A stretch of 64,000 nucleotides of DNA from an uncultured Alphaproteobacteria bacterium (lineage in GTDB: Bacteria > Pseudomonadota > Alphaproteobacteria > RF32 > CAG-239), in NCBI GenBank assembly GCA_910577205.1, contig CAJTMA010000001.1, positions 137,840 to 201,839 of the forward strand, read 5' to 3'. The position numbers and the translations under genes were made by a program. This document shows positions 1-11,701 of this stretch, piece by piece. How positions within the stretch are numbered: position 1 is the first letter of the stretch; each line of letters starts with the position of its first letter. The notes under the pieces were generated by a model. The model ran no database searches and was not told the DNA's origin. It saw nothing but the letters and a program-made list of their open reading frames with translations.

Positions 1-1
1 G

Positions 2-107
2 CGGGAAAAAGAATATGTCGCCTTGGCATTAAAACGCCTGGAACTGGCCGATGAAAATCCCGATATTCAGGGATACGAAAGCGGCATCTTTCGTGCCAGA
101 AACAGCT
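2..107 (+). CDS. 3' end of an upstream gene, product unknown. The C-terminal peptide reads ...REKEYVALALKRLELADENPDIQGYESGIFRARNS.
   Basis: An open frame runs in from the window edge and ends in TGA at 105-107. No motif I can name. Confidence 0.35.
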
Positions 108-178
108 GATTTACATTGAATTTCAATAATTTCTCCTTACATATGTGATGTAAACAACACACATAAGGAGAATGTGAT

Positions 179-286
179 ATGCTTCAGACCTCATCTCGTA
201 CACAGACAAAACCGGATAATGACCGCTCTGCACCGCAAGACGGCTGCAAAAGCTCATCAGAAAAGAAATGCGGCAAAGAAAATTAA
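179..286 (+). CDS. Small hydrophilic Ser/Lys-rich protein, 35 aa (MLQTSSRTQTKPDNDRSAPQDGCKSSSEKKCGKEN).
   Basis: ATG is preceded by AAGGAG at -8. Below the ORF-track length cutoff. First of three similar small ORFs. Confidence 0.4.
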   Translation: MLQTSSRTQTKPDNDRSAPQDGCKSSSEKKCGKEN

Positions 287-392
287 CCGATATAGCAAAC
301 AGTCTATAAACCCTGTTTTCCATCCATTTGAAGATTAATTTGATAATGCAGCAGGGAAAACCCCGCTGCGACATAAATTAAGGAGATAAATT

Positions 393-611
393 ATGGATAA
401 AACAAACGAAACTGAAAATATGAAATCTGCTGCCCCTACCGGCGCAGGGACATATTCTTCAACTTCACGCGATAAATCCTCTATGTCTGCTTCTCAATCC
501 AATTCTAAATCGTCAGACAATTTGGATGACGATGAAGAACTGGAAATTGATGAAGTAACATTTTCAGGCGGTTGTCCGTGCAGCGGATCTTCTGATTCGA
601 AGTCGTTCTAA
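393..611 (+). CDS. Small Ser-rich acidic protein, 72 aa, with a C-terminal GGCPCSGSS motif.
   Basis: ORF-track ORF. AAGGAG ribosome-binding site 8 nt upstream. Low-complexity S/D/E composition. Confidence 0.5.
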   Translation: MDKTNETENMKSAAPTGAGTYSSTSRDKSSMSASQSNSKSSDNLDDDEELEIDEVTFSGGCPCSGSSDSKSF

Positions 612-670
612 CCCGTCTTAATATTATTAACTCAACAATCAACTTAATTAACATTTTAAGGAGAAATACC

Positions 671-778
671 ATGGCTTGTGGAAACAGCAAAAATGCAAAA
701 TCAGCTTCTGGAAATTCTAATTCATCCAGCTCTCGTTCTTCTAAATCTTCTTCTGCTAAGAAAGAAAGCAGCAAATAG
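671..778 (+). CDS. Small Ser-rich basic protein, 35 aa (MACGNSKNAKSASGNSNSSSSRSSKSSSAKKESSK).
   Basis: ATG preceded by AAGGAG. Ends in TAG at 776-778 and is followed by a terminator hairpin. Confidence 0.4.
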   Translation: MACGNSKNAKSASGNSNSSSSRSSKSSSAKKESSK

Positions 779-804
779 TTCTTTCTAAATCCTCATAGCA
801 CCGA

Positions 805-840
805 ATCTCCCTTGCCATAGCGTAAGGGAGATTTTTTATT
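805..840 (+). terminator. Rho-independent terminator (atctccctt / aagggagat stem, then TTTTTTATT).
   Basis: GC-rich hairpin plus T-run read directly from the sequence. Confidence 0.6.
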
Positions 841-902
841 AGACTATTTGAAATTATAGATTATATTAATCAGGGTTCATTGTCATACATAAGGATAGCA
901 AG

Positions 903-1526
903 ATGAAAAAATCAATTTGGACTGCCGCTCTGGCTCTGATTTTATTGGCTGCCGCCCCGCTTAAGGCTCAGCAAAAAGAAAATCTGAAACAGATTGAAGA
1001 TTATCTGAACAACATTAAAACCATGCAGGCGGCTTTTGTGCAAACCGCCAGCAACGGCAATACCGCAGAGGGAATGCTCTATATTGCCAAACCCAATAAA
1101 ATCCGTATGGAATATAATCCGCCGGCGGATGTTCAGATTATCGGCGACGGTGATTATATCGTTTATTATGACAAAGAGCTCGACCAAGTTACCAATATTG
1201 ATTATGACGATATTCCGGCCAGCCTGATTTTGGCTAATGATGTTAAGCTGGACGGCAAAAAATTCAAAGTCAGCAATTACTATCATGATGCCGGCATTAC
1301 CACTGTCACCATCCAATATAAAGACAAAGGCGACATTGGCCCGATTACCTTAACTTTTAACAACAATCCGTTTGAACTCAAGCAGTGGAGCATTGTTGAC
1401 CCGCAAAGCGTGGAAGTGACGGTTTCTTTATATAACGCGCAAAAAGACATTGATTTGGACAAGTCGCTGTTTAAGTTCAAAAAAGCCAAGTCCGGACCGA
1501 AAAGCTATAACAAAGGGCGGCGCTGA
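903..1526 (+). CDS. lolA: Outer-membrane lipoprotein carrier protein LolA family.
   Basis: Signal peptide. LolA-like AAFVQ...G.lY...P.K.RmEY..P...ii.DG..v.yYD..L.QVT pattern. ~200 aa. Confidence 0.7.
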   Translation: MKKSIWTAALALILLAAAPLKAQQKENLKQIEDYLNNIKTMQAAFVQTASNGNTAEGMLYIAKPNKIRMEYNPPADVQIIGDGDYIVYYDKELDQVTNIDYDDIPASLILANDVKLDGKKFKVSNYYHDAGITTVTIQYKDKGDIGPITLTFNNNPFELKQWSIVDPQSVEVTVSLYNAQKDIDLDKSLFKFKKAKSGPKSYNKGRR

Positions 1527-1529
1527 TAA

Positions 1530-2342
1530 ATGGATGGCACGACTTTTAAGCTGGCGAGCTGGAACGTCAACTCTATTCGTATTCGTTTAGATTTGCTGAA
1601 AAAACTGATTGAGAGTGAAAATCCTGACATCATTTGTATTCAGGAAGTAAAAGCCAAAGAAGAAGATTTTCCTTTTGAGGAAATTGAGGCGATGGGGTAT
1701 CCGCATATCGCCCTGTACGGAATGCCCGGCTATAACGGCGTGGCGATTTTATCCAAAACCCGCTTGAACGCCGTCGACCGCAAGGACTGGGTCGGCAAAA
1801 GCGATGCTCGGCACATTACGGCGCAAATTTTTGACGATTTGGAAATTAATAATATTTATATTCCGGCAGGCGGGGACATTCCCGATCCGATAGTCAATCT
1901 TTCTTTTGCACATAAATTAACCTTTATGGATGATATTGCCGAATATTGGGAACAGCATAAAGATGATTACGGCCAGCGGAAACTGATTGTCTGCGGCGAT
2001 TTCAATGTTGCTCCGCGAGAGCATGATGTTTGGAATCACAAGCAGATGTTAAAAATCGTTTCCCACACGCCGGTTGAGATTGAACGGCTGACAAGATTGC
2101 AGCTCTCGCTGGACTTTGTAGATGTTTTGCGCCATTTTTATCCCGAACCGCAGAAATTATATTCCTGGTGGAGCTATCGAAATCCTAATTGGCAAACGAA
2201 TGACAAAGGGCGGCGGCTGGATCATATCTGGGTTTCGCCTAATATTGCAGACAGAATTGTCAGCGCCAAAATCTGCCGCTTCATGCGTGCGGAGCAACGT
2301 CCGTCTGACCATGTGCCGGTGGTTGTTGAAATTAAAAAATAA
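1530..2342 (+). CDS. xthA: Exodeoxyribonuclease III (AP endonuclease).
   Basis: LASWNVNSIR...ICIQE...GDFNV...SDH pattern characteristic of ExoIII/APE. 270 aa. Confidence 0.9.
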   Translation: MDGTTFKLASWNVNSIRIRLDLLKKLIESENPDIICIQEVKAKEEDFPFEEIEAMGYPHIALYGMPGYNGVAILSKTRLNAVDRKDWVGKSDARHITAQIFDDLEINNIYIPAGGDIPDPIVNLSFAHKLTFMDDIAEYWEQHKDDYGQRKLIVCGDFNVAPREHDVWNHKQMLKIVSHTPVEIERLTRLQLSLDFVDVLRHFYPEPQKLYSWWSYRNPNWQTNDKGRRLDHIWVSPNIADRIVSAKICRFMRAEQRPSDHVPVVVEIKK

Positions 2343-2420
2343 ACTAATATTTTAATAGGCATTGACGAGAACATAAACCCGTTTTACACTCAACGCAGAT
2401 TTAACCTTGAGGCCAGTCCA

Positions 2421-3548
2421 ATGAAATTTAAACTTTTTGCCTTATCCGCTTTGGCTTTGTTATGGCCTGTCCATACGCAGGCAGCTGATGCCGAATTTGT
2501 TTACAGCGGACGGGTTGATTCCCTTTATAGCTATAATATGCCGGACAGCCGGTATAAGCATAATGACCACCGCGACCATTGGGTTAATATTTTCTCTCTT
2601 AACCTTGGGATAGAAAAAGAATTTGCCGATGATTACCAGTTGGGGTTATATGCCGATTTTAACGCCGGTATCAACAAACGGCAGGATAATTTTAATAACG
2701 GCGACTGGGGACAGGAAGTCTACGGGATTATGGACAGCCCGTATGGCCGGATTATGCTTGGCGAAACCTACAACGTAGCCTATCAGTTTCAGGTTGGCGC
2801 GCCGCGCGTCGGGGCAATCGGGCTGAATGATTCCGACATTGTCAATTTCATGGCGAATCCCAACTGGGTGAAGACAAAGCACGAAACGGCCTACCGGACG
2901 CTAAATTCAACCTCGATGAATACTGACGGTGTCGCGCCGAAAATCAGTTATATCACGCCGGAAATCTATCGCACCAGTTTCGGGGTCAGTTTTACGCCCG
3001 ACACCTATGACCGGCGGGGACTAGTAAATAAGTTTGCCAAATATGCCGATGATACGGCTTATGTTTTCTCGCTCTACAGTGAACAGGATTTGGGGTTTGC
3101 CGATATGTCGGCCGCTTTGGGTTATGGTATTTTTAACCAAGATGACAAAGAATTTACGGCCGGGTTAAGCTTTTATAAGGGTGGCTGGACACTGGGTGCA
3201 AGCTACCGCAAGACTTATGTTGACGGCGGAGATTATAAAATTACACAGCAAAGCCTGAATCCTCGCCTGCCGGATTTGTTTGACAATTACCGCGAAGGAC
3301 AGGCTTGGGATGTTGGTTTGAAGTATGAAATCGGGCCGTTTCAAACCGCATTGTCATATTTGCACAGCGAGGCCAAGGACAGCCGCAACAAAGATGATAT
3401 TATTCTTCTTTCTAACCAATATCAGCTGAACAAATATGTTGACCTTTACCTTGTCGGCGCACAGGTTAATTTCCGCGGCGCAGACCGAACAATTGCCGAG
3501 AACAACAAAGGATACACTGTTGTTGCCGGTGTCGGCCTCCATTTTTAG
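2421..3548 (+). CDS. Outer-membrane beta-barrel protein, porin-like.
   Basis: Signal peptide ending AQA. Alternating amphipathic strands. C-terminal ...VVAGVGLHF with terminal Phe. Confidence 0.6.
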   Translation: MKFKLFALSALALLWPVHTQAADAEFVYSGRVDSLYSYNMPDSRYKHNDHRDHWVNIFSLNLGIEKEFADDYQLGLYADFNAGINKRQDNFNNGDWGQEVYGIMDSPYGRIMLGETYNVAYQFQVGAPRVGAIGLNDSDIVNFMANPNWVKTKHETAYRTLNSTSMNTDGVAPKISYITPEIYRTSFGVSFTPDTYDRRGLVNKFAKYADDTAYVFSLYSEQDLGFADMSAALGYGIFNQDDKEFTAGLSFYKGGWTLGASYRKTYVDGGDYKITQQSLNPRLPDLFDNYREGQAWDVGLKYEIGPFQTALSYLHSEAKDSRNKDDIILLSNQYQLNKYVDLYLVGAQVNFRGADRTIAENNKGYTVVAGVGLHF

Positions 3549-3553
3549 GGAAT

Positions 3554-4183
3554 ATGATTATGCCTGACGTTTTACTGCTTTCTGACAATCAGGGATTTGC
3601 CGATGACCTCGCCGGCCAAATCAGTTTATACACCCCGGAGTTCTCCGTTTACCGGCAAGATGGTGATAACCGGAATTTTGACGTCTATATTTTGGATGAA
3701 AAAAGCCCTTTGGCGGGTAAATTGCGCCAGGAGCACCATAAAGCGCCGATACTCTTACTGGAAAAAGCCGACAGTTCCGCAGATTTTGACCCGGAAATGA
3801 CTGTTTACAAGCCATTCAGCCTGAATGTCTTTTTAAATTTGCTGCGCTCTTGCATCAACCGTTTTGAAAACAGCAGCGACGGCTATTTGCGATTTAACAG
3901 TTATGAACTTCATCCGGCGGCAAAAGAAATTGTTAATTTGCAGAATGGCGAAACCGTCAAACTGACGGAAAAGGAAGTGGCGGTTATTAAATATTTATAC
4001 AAAGCCAAAGACAGAATCGTTTCAAAAAATGACTTGTTACACGATGTTTGGGATTATAATGCCGATGTGACAACACATACGATTGAAACGCATATCTATC
4101 GCCTGCGGCAGAAAGTTGAACATGACAATGCCGAAACGCCGCTGATTATGACCGAAGACGGCGGTTACAGACTTAAATTTTAG
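3554..4183 (+). CDS. OmpR/PhoB-type winged-helix transcriptional regulator with an atypical receiver-like N-terminus.
   Basis: C-terminal trans_reg_C-like segment (THTIETHIYRLRQKVE...GGYRL). N-terminus has D/D/K positions but a degenerate receiver. Confidence 0.55.
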   Translation: MIMPDVLLLSDNQGFADDLAGQISLYTPEFSVYRQDGDNRNFDVYILDEKSPLAGKLRQEHHKAPILLLEKADSSADFDPEMTVYKPFSLNVFLNLLRSCINRFENSSDGYLRFNSYELHPAAKEIVNLQNGETVKLTEKEVAVIKYLYKAKDRIVSKNDLLHDVWDYNADVTTHTIETHIYRLRQKVEHDNAETPLIMTEDGGYRLKF

Positions 4184-4186
4184 GAT

Positions 4187-5461
4187 TTACCGGGAATTTC
4201 CGCCGGGACGCGGGCGCGGTTTTGAACGCGGCTTAGACCGGGGTTTAGCCGGCTGGTTTGCCTGTATGGCTTTTTCCAAACGCTGTTTGGTTTGCGCGTC
4301 AATATTTTTCAAAAATGCCGGGGTTATTGACGGAGCGCCTTTGGTTTTCATTCGCGGCTGGGCTTCAAGACAGGCAATTAAAAGGCGGGCGCGGAATTCA
4401 TCATCTTCAATAGAGGCAAATTCAATCTGGCTGTTATCTTTTGCGGCCTTGGCAACCACATCGGCGAAATCCTTAACGCTCGGAATATCGTCTGTTCCGT
4501 CATCACGAACAACGCCCATGGATAAATTGTATTCGTTGTTGGCTTCCAGATTGAGCTTAGAACCGTCTGCACGAGTAATATCTGCCACAAAATTCGGATT
4601 TTTGGCATCTTCATGATATACAGCCTTATCCCTTGCCGCCACGGCCTGATAATGTTTGCGCCAGCCGTCTTTCCAATTGTCGTTGTTATGCGGCAGAACC
4701 GGCAGGGCATTATCATGCGACACGGCAACAGCTTTGACCAAGCCCGGCATATTTTCCAAAGTTGCGCGCATTGAAGCAATACACTCGTCACAAAACGGCG
4801 GCTGATTTTTCTTTTTGCGCTCCAGCCGCTCTTGTGTCAACCCGATATAACCGCTTTCGCCCATAATACATTTGTCATTGGTGCAGTGTGTGCCCAAATC
4901 CGCGTCATAATGCGTATTGCCCCTTTTGTCATGCGTGGCATTGAGAATATGCCCGAATTCATGCATAAAAATAGTGATAAATAATTCCTTATCATTACAG
5001 GTCTGGGTGGAGAGAACAGCATTAAGCTTTTCAATCCCGTAGCCATAAAAAGACGGTTCTAATTTCTCATTGAGAAGCGTCACAACCAAATCCTGCGAAC
5101 CAGTACGCATCATGTTTTCGGCTTTCAGCTGGCCGTATTTAGCCATATCAACGCCGTTTATGCCTTTTTTGCGATTTTCTGCGGAAGCGGCAAGCAGGTA
5201 CCACTGCTCGGAAGCATAAGGCACAAGATATTTGCCGTTGGGCAGTTTGATAAATTTTTGTTTATAGCCATCGTTCGGCAGGGAAACATATTCATTGACA
5301 TCAATTTCCGATTTATTCTGCGGGCGGCAGTCGCTGAACTCCGCCTTAAATGAGGATTTATATTCAGGAAACAGCGCCAGCATTTCCTCCGCGGCTTCTT
5401 TCGCCCAGAGCTTATATTTCGGATGAGTGCCTGCCGGTGTTTCTATGATTATTTTTTTCAT
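4187..5461 (-). CDS. Archaemetzincin-like zinc metallopeptidase with a ~200-aa C-terminal extension and basic KPRSKPRSKPRPRP tail.
   Basis: HEFGHILNATH (HExxHxxxxxH), then CTNDKCIM (Cx4CxM), then CDEC about 25 aa later. Start overlaps the upstream gene stop (ATGA). Confidence 0.6.
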   Translation of the reverse strand: MKKIIIETPAGTHPKYKLWAKEAAEEMLALFPEYKSSFKAEFSDCRPQNKSEIDVNEYVSLPNDGYKQKFIKLPNGKYLVPYASEQWYLLAASAENRKKGINGVDMAKYGQLKAENMMRTGSQDLVVTLLNEKLEPSFYGYGIEKLNAVLSTQTCNDKELFITIFMHEFGHILNATHDKRGNTHYDADLGTHCTNDKCIMGESGYIGLTQERLERKKKNQPPFCDECIASMRATLENMPGLVKAVAVSHDNALPVLPHNNDNWKDGWRKHYQAVAARDKAVYHEDAKNPNFVADITRADGSKLNLEANNEYNLSMGVVRDDGTDDIPSVKDFADVVAKAAKDNSQIEFASIEDDEFRARLLIACLEAQPRMKTKGAPSITPAFLKNIDAQTKQRLEKAIQANQPAKPRSKPRSKPRPRPGGNSR

Positions 5462-7368
5462 TTGTCTTTTCCTTTGGCGCGCAGCATTTTAAGCAGCGTC
5501 TTTTCTACCGGACGTTCAATCTGACATTTGTGTTTCATTTCTTCGGCATAGCGTTCGCCGATACGCGTTGAGGGGCGTTTGAAATCATTCAGTTTAAAAA
5601 TTTCGCAAACCAAATTGCCTGACACCATACGGCGGCGGCGATTGTCAAAGATGTCACCCAGTTTTCCGGCCTCATAATCAATTTCATCAGGATTTCTGCC
5701 ATCCTGCCGCAACCGCCGGCGGAGGGTTTCCGTTACCCGGCCTTCCGTTTCTTTGGAGGCATCAAACAGCTTAAAGGTATTCTGCCGCTGGCGCTGAATT
5801 AAAATATTATTGGCATCAAAGAAGTAGTCCTGCGCCTGAACATGGCTGAAATAGGCTTCAAAACCTTTGCGGTTAAATCCGGTTTCAGCAGAATTTGTCA
5901 GCTCGGCAAATAATGCAATCTGTTTGAACCAATCAGTTTTGTGATCACCGCATTGTTGTTCAAAATCACGGCTTTTCAGAATATTAGCGCTCTTTTTATC
6001 GCACCAGTAAAGCAAATCGACCATTGGCGGGGTTATGCCAATTTTTTGGGCTTCTATGCCGTCTATCAGCTTGTTATTCAAAACCGACAGAAATTCCCCA
6101 AACTGACGGGTGTCGTTTGTGTTGTCCATTGCCAATTGCCGCGACAAATTGTCTAGTTCTTTATCACCGGTCCGCGGCGCATGATTATTGCTCTTTTGCA
6201 TATTTTCCGCAATGGTTTGTATCAGGCCGGCAGCCGTTTCGCCGGTATCCTGATTAACAATCGTTTCGTATCGGCTGATATCCAGGTAGGCCGGCAAGAA
6301 ATCTTCAGATTGAACATTTTTCAAATCCCCGGCAATCAATGCGGCATTTTCATCGGCTGACGGCTTATCCCCTGACTTAGCGGCCTGATAGTAGTTAAGC
6401 ATATGTCCGACAAGCTCGCTGACACCGATGGTTTCACTGTGTATCATGTCCCTCAAACCGTTAAACTCCGCAACCTCAAGCTCTATCGCTTTGGTACGCA
6501 GAAGCTCCCGTTTGGTCATATCTGGTGTCGGAACTTCCTTCAAAATGCCCAAAGCCTCATTAAAACGGCGCGGCGACCATTCCGATGTGAGAATTTTATT
6601 ATTGTACCCTATCAGCCCATATTCGCCGAAAGCACAATCATGTTCGGCGGAAAGCGTGTTAAAATCAGGCGTTTTATTAATCATCGGAATGACATATTTT
6701 TCAAAACCTTCGGCCATCTCCGGCGTTAAATTGCCCTCATTGAGATAAGTCATGTCAATTTCTTCACAGACTTTAACGAGGGTTTGGGGGTCATCCAACT
6801 TTTGTATTGCCTTATTCACCATCCCCAAGCGGTTAAAATAGGCAGAGGGATTGTCTTGATAAAGCGAGCTAAAAACCTGCAATGCCAGCGGAAACTTGTC
6901 TTTCAGCCCCAGCCCGTTATCCGGAGAGGTTATTCTTTCAGCCGTAATCGCCATAAATTTATGCAAACTATCATCATTCAGACGCTCCGGCGCATAAGTC
7001 ACCATTGCTTTGGCAGACATTGCAAAAATTGCCCGACATAAGGCTTCATCTTTGGGTGTTTCAGTGTTAGGCATAACACGGTCTGCAAAAATCTCTGAAT
7101 AGCCGACTAACTCAGCCAGCTGTTGCGGCTCTAAGCGGTTAATTTCACAAAAGCGGCTGTTCCAATTGCGTGTGACCGCGCCCTCTTTTATTTCAGGGTC
7201 GAAATAACTGTCCATACCCAAATTATAAGCGATTTCAGCCATATTTTTGGCCGCAGAAGCTGCCGCTCCGGCACTTATTCCGGGATGTTGCCGTTTCATC
7301 TCCTCTATGGCTTCTTTGGCCGGAGCTGTTCTTATAAAAACGGCATATAATTCATCAAAATCGCTCAT
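5458..7368 (-). CDS. Hypothetical protein, 636 aa. No motifs I recognise. Translationally coupled to the metzincin gene.
   Basis: Long uninterrupted ORF. 4-nt overlap with the downstream gene. Confidence 0.65.
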   Translation of the reverse strand: MSDFDELYAVFIRTAPAKEAIEEMKRQHPGISAGAAASAAKNMAEIAYNLGMDSYFDPEIKEGAVTRNWNSRFCEINRLEPQQLAELVGYSEIFADRVMPNTETPKDEALCRAIFAMSAKAMVTYAPERLNDDSLHKFMAITAERITSPDNGLGLKDKFPLALQVFSSLYQDNPSAYFNRLGMVNKAIQKLDDPQTLVKVCEEIDMTYLNEGNLTPEMAEGFEKYVIPMINKTPDFNTLSAEHDCAFGEYGLIGYNNKILTSEWSPRRFNEALGILKEVPTPDMTKRELLRTKAIELEVAEFNGLRDMIHSETIGVSELVGHMLNYYQAAKSGDKPSADENAALIAGDLKNVQSEDFLPAYLDISRYETIVNQDTGETAAGLIQTIAENMQKSNNHAPRTGDKELDNLSRQLAMDNTNDTRQFGEFLSVLNNKLIDGIEAQKIGITPPMVDLLYWCDKKSANILKSRDFEQQCGDHKTDWFKQIALFAELTNSAETGFNRKGFEAYFSHVQAQDYFFDANNILIQRQRQNTFKLFDASKETEGRVTETLRRRLRQDGRNPDEIDYEAGKLGDIFDNRRRRMVSGNLVCEIFKLNDFKRPSTRIGERYAEEMKHKCQIERPVEKTLLKMLRAKGKDK

Positions 7369-7529
7369 CTGCAGTTCCTTAAACTTTCTTTGCTTTAATG
7401 TAACATAATATGAAAATTTTGTCTAGAATCAAAATACCCCGGAAAGGGTTAAAAAATTGTGTAAAAATCCGCTCCATACGTTGATATCTTTAAATTATCG
7501 CTTGGTGATTATGAAATTCTGCTATATGA

Positions 7530-10010
<2,481 letters not shown>

Positions 10011-10040
10011 ATATTATTAGGAATATCTGACAAACAAAAA

Positions 10041-10070
10041 AGGAAAGCAAGAAGTGCTTTCCTTTTTTTA
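10041..10070 (+). terminator. Rho-independent terminator after gyrB.
   Basis: aggaaagca ... tgctttcct hairpin followed by TTTTTT. Confidence 0.7.
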
Positions 10071-10368
10071 TAAGGCATGGGCAGATGTATATACTCAGCC
10101 CGTCAGTCCGGTTGGCGAAGCCTTGAAGCCTGGAGAAAACGTTTCGGAAGGGTTAATACCTGCTGTGCCATCCGGCGGATGTTTATGGATGTTTCACTTC
10201 TCAGCATATTCTGCACGAATAAAATATTTTATACCCAAATAATACAGTCCAAACTATTTACTTCCATTAGCCAAAAATAAACCCTACGCCCATAATTGTT
10301 TGACACTTTGCAGCGCGTATGATATTCTAAATTCAGGTTTTGATTTAGTAATATCTACGAGGTGTGCT

Positions 10369-11172
10369 ATGAAAATGTCCCTGTTCGTTTCTGTCTTTTG
10401 TTGTGCAACGTCCTATTCTCTTATGGCTCAAGCTGACTGTGTGCCAGCGCCGAATTGTGAGGAACTGGGCTTTACTGTGGATGCCTCAAAATGTTCCGGA
10501 GCGGCTCTTAAATGCCCGTGGGATTTATCCAAAGCGGCCTGTAAGGAAAAAGAAGAAATAGAAATTGGTTCAATTCTCTATGGCGATGGGACGGTGGCGA
10601 GCGGTGTCGTAACCGGTAAAACGCCGATAGGTGTGGTCTTTGATGTTGAAAATCGTTTGGCTGTAGCATTAACAAATGTAAAGAAAGATGGTACAGCTGG
10701 AAGTGAAAATATGTATTGGTCAAGTAGTTATTGTGATACGCAGGGATTACAAAATTGCAGCTCTTCAGAGATTTCACTAGGTACAGATTTAATCCCGATT
10801 ACTTGTGGGGTGGATGGACGATTGAATACCAATGCGATATTAGCAAGTACTTGTAACGGCACAACTTATGCAGCTAACGCTACCAACGACTACCAGCCGG
10901 CAGGCTGCACAAAAGACTTTTGTAAAAAGAGCAAGTGGTTTTTACCCAGTTTGAGAGATTTGCAGAATATTTATTTACAAAAAACACAAATTGATGCGTC
11001 ATTGACACTTTTGAACAGTAATGGCGCAACAACTATAAGGAATAGAAATTATTGGTCCTCTACCGAGTGCAATATTAGTGGCGCGTGGGACTTCGGTATG
11101 AGTAATGGTTATAGAAACAACGACTATAAGTACACTGGCAATCTCTTCGTCAGACCGGTTCTCGCTTTTTAA
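10369..11172 (+). CDS. Secreted Cys-rich protein with a C-terminal DUF1566 (Lcl C-terminal-like) domain. Paralog of 49396 and 50447.
   Basis: Signal peptide MKMSLFVSVFCCA...AQA. CxPxCExLG N-terminal motif shared with 50447. WFLPS..DL..IY ... YWSSTE ... VRPV C-terminal pattern. I chose the start at 10369 in preference to the ORF-track 10300. Confidence 0.6.
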   Translation: MKMSLFVSVFCCATSYSLMAQADCVPAPNCEELGFTVDASKCSGAALKCPWDLSKAACKEKEEIEIGSILYGDGTVASGVVTGKTPIGVVFDVENRLAVALTNVKKDGTAGSENMYWSSSYCDTQGLQNCSSSEISLGTDLIPITCGVDGRLNTNAILASTCNGTTYAANATNDYQPAGCTKDFCKKSKWFLPSLRDLQNIYLQKTQIDASLTLLNSNGATTIRNRNYWSSTECNISGAWDFGMSNGYRNNDYKYTGNLFVRPVLAF

Positions 11173-11186
11173 CCGTATAGCTCAAA

Positions 11187-11229
11187 ATAATCCCCCCTAT
11201 TCTCAAGGGGGGGGGATTATCTTTTTATT
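11187..11229. terminator. Bidirectional terminator hairpin between convergent genes.
   Basis: aatcccccc...ggggggggatt stem flanked by A/T runs. Confidence 0.6.
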
Positions 11230-11575
11230 GCATAGGTTGAGTTGTCGTGGTTGAGATTGTTTCCTGAATCATATAAGCATTGCCTGTTGCAGGGGCTTGC
11301 GGCTGCGGCTGATTACCATCCGGCAGCGGCGCAACGTCTACGCCGGGATCACCGGGCAGCGGCTGCATTGCATTTTCTGAAGCGGCCGCGCCTGACGGAG
11401 CAATCGGCTGAATCGGATCTACAACCGTATAGCCTTCTTGGATGATTAAAGTATTAGTCCCCTGCGGCGAACCGACATCTGCGGAAACCTGATTGGCCTG
11501 CGCATTGGCATTACGGCTGTCGCAACCCATCAGGGCAAGCGCGGACACGCTTAAAGCCATCATTATTTTTTTCAT
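11225..11575 (-). CDS. Small lipoprotein, hypothetical.
   Basis: MKKIMMALSVSALALMGC lipobox. Pro/Gln-rich. 116 aa. Confidence 0.5.
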   Translation of the reverse strand: MKKIMMALSVSALALMGCDSRNANAQANQVSADVGSPQGTNTLIIQEGYTVVDPIQPIAPSGAAASENAMQPLPGDPGVDVAPLPDGNQPQPQAPATGNAYMIQETISTTTTQPMQ

Positions 11576-11701
11576 GTTTCATTCCCCTTGTTTTTATATT
11601 TCTTACCTTATAGATATAACCGGAGGCTGCCGTTTTTCAACAATGACAGTTGACGAACTTTGTTTATCTGTTAGTATTATCAAGTTTGATGTAATTAGAA
11701 T

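Noticed and set aside
123-374. An 83-aa minus-strand ORF overlapping the first small ORF and its RBS.
   Set aside because: No RBS and hydrophobic junk composition. The plus-strand small ORF with its AAGGAG site is the better model.
10071-10280. Two short ORFs after gyrB, and an 11-nt match (ggttggcgaag) to part of the SRP RNA.
   Set aside because: No RBS and no conservation signal. The 11-mer match is too short to mean anything. The region is more likely the promoter/leader of the Cys-rich gene.
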